A stretch of 41,931 bases of DNA from assembly GCA_000708835.1 (NCBI GenBank), contig DF237655.1:1-41931 (forward strand). The letters run 5' to 3'. The position numbers were made by a program, and so were the translations under genes. Shown here one piece after another: positions 32,733 to 41,931 of the stretch. Origin of the DNA: Klebsormidium nitens. Its lineage: Eukaryota; Plantae; Klebsormidiophyceae. Within the stretch, counting starts at the first letter, position 1; each line of letters opens with the position of its first letter. The notes below the pieces were generated by a model. The model was not told the DNA's origin and did no database searches. It saw only the letters and a list, made by a program, of their open reading frames with translations.

Positions 32733-35700
32733 ATGTTGAGGTCGCACCGGCTGCCCCCTTTGCAGGGCGTCTGGGAGGCGTCGGCAGCAGGACAGCCAGG
32801 GTTGTCGGGGTGGCTCTACCACCACTCCATCATTGCGTTTGCCCGGATACTTCACCACAATTTTCTGCCTGAGCGGCACAAAATTGGGTTCCCAGCATTG
32901 GAAGGTGGGAGATCCGATGGAAACATTGATCTGGAACAAGCGAGTTGCAGCCCGTCTGGCTCAACCACCACTTCAAGCTGCTGGGAGGTTGCGTCGGTAG
33001 CTTCATCATCGTATGAGACCCACCCCCTGAGAATCTCTGCAGCTGCGCCAGCTGTCTCTTTAGGCGCTGAGGATGCCTGTCAGGCTATTGTGGTACATCA
33101 AAAACCATCAATCAGAGGAACCCAAGTTTCCGGCCAGCGATTTCCCAACTCATCCAGTCCCATCTTGAATCCTCTATGGACACAGTTTCAGCGCTTCTAT
33201 GCCTTCCGGCCACGCACCAATCAGCGGCCGTATGCCCGAGAAGACGGCCCCCCGCGTCCCCCACCCTTGCGCCGCTCACAGCAGGTCCAGACTTCCAAAC
33301 TCGAGGTGCCCACTGAGAAGCAGTATGTCCCGAGCGTGCGAGATCTGAAGCGGGTTTTTGTGCCCAAGGAGATCGTCGTTCCCGATGGTGTGACGGTGCG
33401 CCAGCTGGCGGGCCTCCTGAGTGAGAAGCAGGACGTGATCCTGAGCACGCTGTCGGCGCTGGGGGACGGGGACTTGAAGCCGTTTGACAGCGTGCCGCTG
33501 GACTCAGCGGAGCTAGTGGCGCTGGAGCTGGGCAAGGTGATCAAGCGGGGGAAGCGCGCATGGGAGGACGCGCGGGGGAGCGCCAAGAAGGGGGCGGCCG
33601 CCAGCAGCTGGCCCAAGCGGCCGCCCATTATCACGGTCATGGGGCATGTGGACCACGGCAAGACGTCCCTGCTGGACGCCCTCAGGTGAGCTGAGCCGGG
33701 GTTGCGCTGAGCTCTTGGTGGGACTTGCCCCATGAGAATGAACGCTCTGAAGGCCCAATTCCTGCATCTTTGGAATGGTGAATGAGAGTTTGGGAAGATT
33801 ACGGCTGTTTGCGATTGTTGTCCAATTGGTTTGAAGGGCTCAACAAGTAGTGACGTGCTGAAGTCAGTTAAAATTTTCAGTGTTTGCTGTTGCAGTGTAT
33901 CAGGGCAGGTCATGTCATAGGCGCTCTCTTCGCTATCGATAATAGCTCGCTGCATCTCCGTGGGATAATTGTTGGCTGCGCTCCTTGATCTGCCACTTCC
34001 ACCAAATAGATTCTTTGAAGCCTCCATCTGAAGAATCACTCCAGAAGCTAGGGGGGATTCAAAGAGCTAAAGAGCGGGATGTACTGGAGGAACTTTGAAA
34101 ACAAAATCGCGAAAAGAGTAGACCATGAAGAAGCTGTCGTAAGAGAGTTTTTCTCCGCAATTGCCCCCTCTTAGGTCCACCTCAGTGGCTGCTGGCGAGG
34201 CTGGCGGCATCACGCAGCACCTGGGCGCCTTCGTAGTGCGCATGCCCGGCGGCGCTGAGCTCACGTTTTTGGACACTCCCGGCCATGCCGCTTTCTCCGC
34301 CATGCGCTCGCGCGGGGCCGCCGTAACCGACATCGTCATCCTGGTGGTGGCGGCCGATGACGGAGTGATGCCGCAGACGCGGGAAGCCTTGGCGCACGCA
34401 CGGGAGGCCAAAGTGGCGATTGTGGTGGCGATCAACAAGTGCGACAAGCCGGGCGCGGATCCGGCGAGGGTGCGCCGACAGCTGCTCGAGGAGGGGCTCG
34501 AGCTGGAGGAGGTGGGGGGGGATGTGCAGGTGAGCTGGCACTGTGAGACGCTCTGACAGGGCAGAGCAGAAAGAAATGGCTCCGTCCTGCCTTCTCTCCT
34601 AGGACCGCTTTCAAGACGGGCAAGTCTTTGAGCCGCCTTGCAATACTGAGCTGAAGAGAGCGACCCTATGTTCGCGAGATGGCAATCGCTCGCGAGTGAC
34701 CCTTTGGAAGGATATTCCCCTCGAGCTACGTTCACAAGATGACAGTTGATTGCGAGTAACCCTGTGGAAGGATGTTCACCTCGATGGATACCCATAAACC
34801 GTGGCAAAGGGTAGTCGCTTAGAAGCTCGGCTAGACCATGCCTTCAAAATACATGGAAGTTCACTTGTCTCTTTTCTGAAGCGACCCGTTCACTTACGAG
34901 GCGCTCTTTTCCATCTCCTAGGTGGTGGAGGTTTCTGCCACGGCCCGCCAGGGCCTGCAGTCCCTGGAGGAGGCGCTGCTGCTGCAGGCTGACCTCATGG
35001 ACCTGCGCGCTGACGTCACCCGCGAGGCGGAGGCCGTGGTTCTGGAGGCGCGCCAGGACAAGGGGCAGGGCCCGCTCGCGTCCGTGCTCGTCAAGTGCGG
35101 CCAGCTGGCACCGGGCACGCACCTCGTGGTCGGGCAGCTCTGGGGCAAGGTGCGCATGGCGGCTCACTCCTGTTCTCAATCTGCCCTTCTCCTTCGACTA
35201 CGGATCCCTTCAAGTACCTCATTAGAGTATATGGTGAAGATTGAAAGCCCATGCTCACCCCTCCTTGTGCGAGCGTTCCCACACTTTCCCCCAAGAACTT
35301 CCGCCCAGCTTCCACGCTAGCACGTTGACGACGTAGCCGAGGACATGCAAAGGAGGGATCAAACGGACGGCACACGTTACACAAAACTGGGACACGTAGG
35401 CAAGCCGAAATCAACTTTATGCAAAGCTTGTCGGGTCTGATGTAGGTGCGCGCGCTGCGGGATCCTAGCGGTCGGCTGGTGACGTCAGCAGGCCCCGCGC
35501 AGCCGGTGGAGGTGTTGGGGCTCAAGGGGCTGCCCGAGACCGGGGACGAGGTGCTGGCCGTCGCGACTGAGGAGCGCGCGCGCAGAATTGCAGAGGGCAG
35601 AGCCGCGCAGGCGGAGGCGCGGCGCCGTGAGAGTACTGTCATGGTGAGGGGCCGCGCTTCTCGCATCTTCGCAGAATCAAGAGATGTGTTTTGCCGATTT

Positions 35701-38406
35701 GACGTTGGTCCGGCGATCTGTAATCGCTTCGGATGGTAGAGTGTAGTGCAGCAGTTAGCGTGAGTCGACCAACGGTGGTACGCTGTATTCTTAAGAGGAA
35801 AATGAGTTTCTCATTCTGATGGCAAGCATTGACCAACTAGAACCATCTTTTAGATCTAGAACTCTGTGAATATCCAAACCGGTCACAGCCCTCAGCGGCG
35901 ATTCTTCTTCGACTCATTGTGAGGACTGAACTGCACGAAATCGGCAATACGAGGCTCGATGCTGAAATCATCAGTTCTGATATAAGCACACAAACTCCTA
36001 ACAAATGTCTTACACAGTCGACAGGGTGGGGATTGGGACGCCACTTGGCCGCATTCGGTTGCGCTTCTCCATGGCCCTCGATCCTTTTCTGAACCTCTAC
36101 GCGTCAGAAGCATGTAACACTGACCCCACCCCTTCCGACTCCGCAGGACATGCGCGAGAAGCTGTTGGAGCAGGCCCGGCTGCGCAGCGCGACCGCGGCC
36201 GCGGTGGGCCGTACGACGCGCGTCTTCTCCGAGGTCAACATGCCGACGCTGCAGTCGCTGCTCGACGCGGCCGCGGGCGAGGGCGCGGGCGCGGGCGCGG
36301 GCGAGCGGTGGGAGCTGGCGGTGGTGGTGAAGGCGGACATGCAGGGCACCGCGCAGGCCGTCACCGACGCGCTGCTCGCGCTCAGCGGACCGCAGATCGG
36401 CCTCTCCGTCGTGCACGCAGGTGAGCCGAGGAATCGGCAAGAAGAAGAGTGTAGAAGCCAGGACAAAAGTGTCACGGCCGCGACTAACATTGAAAGCGAC
36501 TGAAACCAACAGCCATAACCGAAGGCTTACCTGCTCGGGGGCCGCAGATCGGCCTCGTGCACGCCAGTGAGCATCGATCTCGAGACAGCTACCAATTAGT
36601 AAGGTAAGAATAGGTTTCAGATGTACTAGGATGGGTATGGTTACCGGGTGGGTGTGGACGCGAAGCAGGTTAGTTGAGGCTTTTTGTCTTGCTTTGTGAA
36701 GTTACTTCTGTTTATCTTGGGATTTGAACGGTGGAGCCCCCGCAGAGCTGCCCGCCGTGCTTAGGATTTTCTGCAGGAGATGCTGGGGCTGAGTTGGGGT
36801 TGTAAGACACGCGGCCAGCTATTTATGCTCTTCCAGCAGTTTGTTCTTGCCTTCAACAACTGACAGGAAGGGGAATCACTCAGCAATTGGTGCAGAACGG
36901 CCTGTTACGAGCTCTTCAATGATGTGGAACTCTCATTCAAAGCGGTCGACAAACCTTGGTGTTACCTAAGAATCGCTCGCCTGTGTAGCGCTCCCCTTAA
37001 ATTGAACCCTGGCTCGTAAAGCCCTTACCACTCTGCGCTCCTCTTTTATCCGCGTACGACAAAGCCACGACCACTCAGCGCGCATTGAATTGTCGTTGTG
37101 GCCTCTATGATCTTGTCACGGCAATCGCATCATTTACACTCTGTGGTTCCTAATCGGTTCCGCCCCGAGCCACGCCTGACCATTATTTGCCATTTTTCCC
37201 TGCGTAATCTCGTGTTGCATCGAAGAATATTGAGACCTTGTCACGGTAAGCTTCACTTTCTAGAGCTTATGGTTCGTCGTCTGATACCGAGCTACTGACT
37301 GACGAGCGTGTGCCGTTTTCCCCTCAGGCGTGGGCCCCGTGTCGCTTTCCGACGTGGAAACTGCGGCCGCGTGCCTCAAGAGCCGCCGCTGCACGCGCGC
37401 AGCCGTGGTGGGGTTTAACGTGAAGGCGGGTGCGCCCGTGGAGGCGCTCGCGGCCGCGAAGGGCGTGCCGCTGCATCAGCACCGCGTCATCTACCACCTG
37501 CTAGAAGATGTTGGCACCGCCATGGTCAACCTCGCGCCGGGGACCAAGGAGAGCCGCGCCGCGGGGCAGGTGCGCGGCGCACGTTTTTCAAGTGCAAAGC
37601 CGTCGTTGCTACTGTTTGTCGTTCGCTGCAATACGAGTATTGAACATCTGTTCTGCTTAAAATGAGAGTCAAAGTGTCTGTCGGTAGCACGCACGGACGG
37701 TCAGCTTTCGTGGCGGTTCTTTGTTGACAGGAGCAAAATCACCACCGTGGTCAGAAACGAGCGTTTTGGCAGCCAAGCACTGCTTCGAGTGGAAGTATTT
37801 CTCAAAGGAACACTCTGATATGATTGGTTGAGGGATTGAGTTGTCTTGTTGGTCTCTTTCCGCTCGCGTCATCTTGATAAGCAACCCTCACTCAAGAGTC
37901 ACCTTAGAAAACACAAACCCTTCTGCACAAAAGTTCCGCCCTCTTTTGTTGTGTTCGATCGCTGCACTTGACAACGATGCATCTTCGTCCACTCATGCCT
38001 GTGCGTCGTGCTTGCATTGCACCAGTAATAACGTTCATTGGCTCAGAAACTCACGCCCCGTCTCCGTTCGTCGCGCCAGGCTGAGGTCCTCCAGATCTTC
38101 GGCGTAAAGAAGAAGGGCGTCCCCGAGAAGACGGCCATCGCGGGCTGCCGCGTGACGGACGGCAGCCTGCGGCGCGGCGCGTCGGTGCGCATTCTGCGCA
38201 GCGGGCGGTGCGTGTACGAGGGGCGGCTCGACTCACTAAAGCGCGAAAAGAATGACGTGGAGCGCGTGGATAAGGGCAAGGAGTGCGGCCTGACGCTCGA
38301 CTTCCGGGACTGGGTTGTGGGCGACACCGTCGAGTGCCTCGAAGATGTCATGCGTCGCCCCAAGCTGGTATCCGACAAGAGCGGCAAGCTCACGCTGCAG
38401 GCCTAG
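32733..38406 (+). CDS. infB: Translation initiation factor IF-2, bacterial-type organellar (probably mitochondrial); 5' structure uncertain
   Basis: Exons 32733(?)-33685, 34175-34529, 34922-35149, 35446-35643, 36147-36420, 37328-37569, 38080-38406. G1 [56 protein letters not shown]...G, KGKECGL. The true start may be ATG 32566 (MAWAFK...) with extra short 5' exons (branch-like GCTGAC at 32724, acceptor at 32765). Confidence 0.9.
36531..36572 (+). repeat. Degenerate intronic copy of the 3' end of IF2 exon 5 and its splice donor
   Basis: CCGCAGATCGGCCTC-GTGCACGCCAGTGAGC versus exon end CCGCAGATCGGCCTCTCCGTCGTGCACGCAG|GTGAGC at about 36387-36426. Confidence 0.7.
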
Positions 38407-38689
38407 CGTGCGGCGCGCTCGCGGACGGCTTGCATTGAAACACATTTATGTATGTGGATCATCTTTCAGATAGACTCGCGGAAACGGCATAGCTCCTTGA
38501 GACGGTTTGTACTTGATGCATTGAGCACAGTGCCAAGCTGATTAGCCATTGAGGATTAAGTGAGCCGCGCTTGAAGCGATACGTATACTGCAAGCTGCCA
38601 GGCTTGTTGGTTTTGAAACGGGCCTAAGTTCTTTGGACGACAACTGCGTAATTTTGACAAGCCGTGCCACAATCATGCCGAATATCGTC

Positions 38690-39700
38690 CAGGCTGAGTC
38701 CTTTCCGTCCGACATGGGAGTTTGAACTGAGGTCGCACTAGCTTCGCCCGGCCTATAGCCTGCTAGCTTATAGTAACATTGGGCCGCGGGCGCTCGCACA
38801 GTCGATCCCGTTCGGCATTACGTGCATAAGCTGGTGTTACTTTTGTGTACGTGTAGTCCTCAATCTGAGAACTTACAAGAACTGAGCCACCTTATCACCA
38901 TGCAAGTTTGATCTTTCAACATCAAGTGTGACGAAATAGAATGACGTACACTGCTGCAAACTTAAGAACCCCATTCGGCGCGCGCGGTGCCGCGGCCGGC
39001 TTCAATAGTTGCGTCGACGTGCCGTCGATGGATATTGCTAAACCCTGAACGGAACGTCCTAGTGCCGTCACGAGGAGTTGCATGCCAGCAGAAGTTGACT
39101 AGGACACGCAGTGATCGGCAATTATAGGCCCGTTATAGGCTTGTGACTGATATGCATGGCGGAAGACTTGTCCATCCTCTTTTCCTGAAGTACGAATTGG
39201 GAAGCAAGGCGCTTGCCTTCTCTTCTTCTCCGCATGGCTTCCTGCCATGCCTCAGCTCATCTCATGCTGCATCGTTATGGTGGTGAATGTAAGTAATGAA
39301 AGGTTGAGCACAATGGAATGAATTGCAGACTTTCCGCTGTGCCGGTGAATACGGGTGAAGGTCACTTCCGGCGCCGGTAGCGGAAGTGTATGTCTTTCCG
39401 TAGCGGCAGTGGGAGATGATTTCGACGGTCACACAAGCAGCAGCGGCTGCACCCGGCGCGGCGTACCACGTACGTTAATACATCTTAGAGTGCATAATGT
39501 TGATGGCATATCGTATGACTGCGTCAGGGAGGGCCGCGCACGCTGCTGGCTGAGCGGGCGCTGGAGCGCTCGCTTTTAATGAAACCGAACGTACGCAGTG
39601 GCACGAGACCCCGGAGCCCAAGAATTATGTTCGAAATTAAGCTTCATTTAGGTGCAGGTGGTCGGATACGGGTTATATATATACCAGCTCAATCATGATT
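38690..39700. other. Palindrome / alternating R-Y-rich intergenic island 5 (weaker; between convergent genes; boundaries approximate)
   Basis: TGTGTACGTGTA 38844-38855, GGCGCGCGCGGTGCCGCGGCCGGC near 38977-39000, CGTACCACGTACGT near 39463, TATATATATA 39674-39683. Confidence 0.55.
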
Positions 39701-40150
39701 AGGCCGTGACTGTAATCAAACCTTATCATCATTGCAAGCGCAAGATCCTCAGCTAGTGCGTTCGCCCCCGTTGGCAATATCAGTTGATTCAATGATAGTG
39801 AAAACCTTCGATCTAAAAAGATGGCATGATAAACAATCAAACTGAGGATGTCGAAGCTTCGAGAAGACAAACTTAACTTCAATGCAGTCACTTAGTGACC
39901 TGGCGGAACGTTTATTGAGAGAATTTAGCGCTGGTTATAAGTGTCCTTCAAGGCCTGAATGGATGAGCACACTGCCGCAATTAAGATATGTTGCAAGGCT
40001 ACTCGTTGTTGGCAGGGAGTGAGTATAGAATCCAATCTCGAGCGTACGTATTACTATGGGGCTTAATGTTCGTCTTCTCACTTCTGCTCGCAGACGCAAC
40101 TCTCCTAGAGTTGGAAAGCTAGTCTAAGCCGCGGCGTCCTCCGGTGAGGC

Positions 40151-41931
40151 TTAGACCGCCGGCACGGGGAGTGGAGTTGCCAGTGCAAAGAAGAAGAAGG
40201 CGAGACGGAGAATTGTGGTATCGGCGGGAATGAACTGGATGACTCTGATCTTGCCAGCGCCCGTGGCGCCGGCGAAGCGGCCGGTGCCGCCAACAACGGC
40301 GACATCTGTCACCACGTTGCTCAAGCTGTTGGAGGGGCCCTGTAAGGGAGAAAGAACGACCGTGTTTGCATCGAGAGGACCGATTGCAAGGCAGAAGGGG
40401 CAAGGCAAAATTTCACGACAGTCCAGGAGGAAGTCCTGAAAAGCAAAATTGCTTGTCTACGACACAAGATCCCATCGAATGAACGTTTTTCAAAAATGTT
40501 GTTGCTGCCAACGACCCAACAGGCGCCCGGGAGACTCTGCCGCTCTCCGTTACACCTCTATGCAGCGTACAGCAAAGTTGAGAACGATTCCGGCCGAATG
40601 CTAATCACTCAAGTATTTACAGGTGAGTCCAAAGTCAACCAGGAGGTCTGCATACCGTCCAGGCAATACATGGCACGTAAGCGAAAGAGCTCTTCGACCT
40701 TAAGTGGGGAAGCTTTTGATCGCACTTGACGGTTGAAGAGTTGGTCCTAATGGTGACAGCTGTCGCGTCCTCGTTATGGCTCTTCTCTAATGCCTGTGAT
40801 TGTATAAGGGCTGCTAACATGTGGAAACTCTGCTAACTCCCAATTCAAACGAAATAGGCGCCTGGGGACGGGTGGATTGAATGGGTGGTTAGGGTGGGTA
40901 TGAGTGCCGAGCGCGAAAGCCTATGAATCTCTGTGCCCTGGGGTGATCGAGTGCGGAGCGCGTAGACCTTGGGTTAGGATTTGTACTTTGGTTGCCGAGC
41001 AACTCGAATCTTAAGTGAAATGGCCTGTGAGAGATACGCGAGCTACCAGTGTCTGTGGAAAGGAAAGTTACGAGCACGTGGTTGACTTACAATGATAGCG
41101 AAGGTGTCCCGGGGGTTTGCGGCGGAGACGATAGTCGCCACAATTTCAATGACGGCCTCGCCGGTGGTGAAGTTGAGCCCCTGAGTGAAGAAGGCAAAGC
41201 CATCCGCAGTGCCGGCAAACGCGGGCGTATTGTTAACGCTCTCGACAGGATCGCTGCAGATCAGAGGGAGATTGGCAGATACAGTCAAAGGCTATCTTGT
41301 TTAGCAAAGTACGTTCTCGATACGCCCAAGTAGCATAGAGGATTTTAAAGTTCTTCTGGGTGGAGATGAGAGTTGGCACCATCAAACCGGATGGATCAAG
41401 AAGAAAATGGAATCAATTTCCGCTTAGGAACCGCCTCTACAGCGATTGTTTCAGCCATCATGCACGCCCTCTTTTCGTCCTACGGCCGTTTCGCGCGAAG
41501 ATCAATTCTAAGACCAAGACAATCCTGAGACCCAATGGTGCAAGGGATCTAAGATTTCTCTCACAGAACATGAAATTCAAGCTTCGAATCTTTGCTGACC
41601 ATTATCCCATGTATCTCTCTCTTTTACCGCACGAGGTTCACTGCGCACCTTCACCTTCTGTCGACACTGTCTTGCAAGGCCTTCGAAAAGCTTCAAATTA
41701 GGAGTCACACGAGCGCTGCACCCTGAAGAAGCTTTCACAACATCAGTTGGATCTCCGTGTGCTCACTTGAATACAAAGCTGGCGCCAGTGCTCAGATTCG
41801 CCAGCGTGGTAGTCTCGGGTGTCTGCGTCAGCACCAGCTCGAAACTGAACGGCACGTACTCCAGCTTCCTGGGGGCCGCGGAAGGCGGGGGCGACGGGCG
41901 GCCCGCGGAAGGCGGGGGTGACCGGGGGGCC
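40151..41931 (-). CDS. Dirigent / allene-oxide-cyclase-barrel-like protein preceded by a Ser-Pro3 rich linker (5' end beyond window)
   Basis: Exons (minus) >41931-41767, 41253-41091, 40339-40151, phases consistent. Protein ...SPPPSAGRPSPPPSAAPRKLEYVPFSFELVLTQ...AFAGTADGFAFFTQ...DTFAIIGPSNSLSNVVTDVAVVGGTGRFAGATGAGKIRVIQF. The AVVGGTGxFxGAxG motif is the hallmark of dirigent/AOC-type barrels. Confidence 0.8.
41876..41922. repeat. 27-bp coding tandem repeat encoding SPPPSA units
   Basis: CCGCGGAAGGCGGGGG(C/T)GAC at 41876 and 41903. Confidence 0.75.

Noticed and set aside
39247-39294. Mini-exon ATG...MPQLISCCIVMVVN followed by a GTAAGT donor inside island 5
   Set aside because: No convincing downstream coding exon or homology was found. 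If it proved expressed it would break the strand alternation, so RNA-seq should check it.
4330-39700. Convergent islands as copies of one repeat, MITE or Helitron family
   Set aside because: No shared termini or alignable blocks by eye; the similarity is compositional only. A formal alignment is still needed.
40864-40898. G-quadruplex-like tract GGGGACGGG...GGGTGGTTAGGGTGGG in the dirigent-like gene intron
   Set aside because: It is a single isolated candidate with one long loop in a GC-rich genome, with no supporting context.
1-41931. CRISPR arrays, tRNA, rRNA, prophage or retroelement ORFs
   Set aside because: No repeat-spacer structure, cloverleaf or T-loop consensus, rRNA signature, or RT/integrase motifs were seen.

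Overview
Left end of a eukaryotic nuclear chromosome. The window opens with a (CCCTAAAA)n = (TTTTAGGG)n telomere array. It continues into a compact, intron-rich gene region whose proteins look streptophyte-like; a Klebsormidium-type green alga is my inference, not a database result. I assembled ten spliced genes by hand with consistent exon phases: a MULE-type zinc-ribbon protein with no detectable DDE domain (+), GMPPA/KONJAC (-), TIC20 (+), TraB-family (-), EPC1 (+), DNAJC2/ZRF1 (-), FAF1/C1orf131-like (+), PIG-L (-), organellar IF2 (+), and a Pro-rich dirigent/AOC-barrel-like gene (-, runs off the window). The most striking unexplained structure is architectural. All ten genes alternate strand perfectly. 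Each of the five tail-to-tail junctions holds a roughly 0.6-1.4 kb island rich in short palindromes and AT-containing alternating purine/pyrimidine runs, with no evident homology between islands, recurring about every 8-9 kb. Head-to-head junctions lack these islands and are mostly shorter. Exon models, compositional claims and family assignments come from visual reading and remembered motifs only; none were computed or searched.
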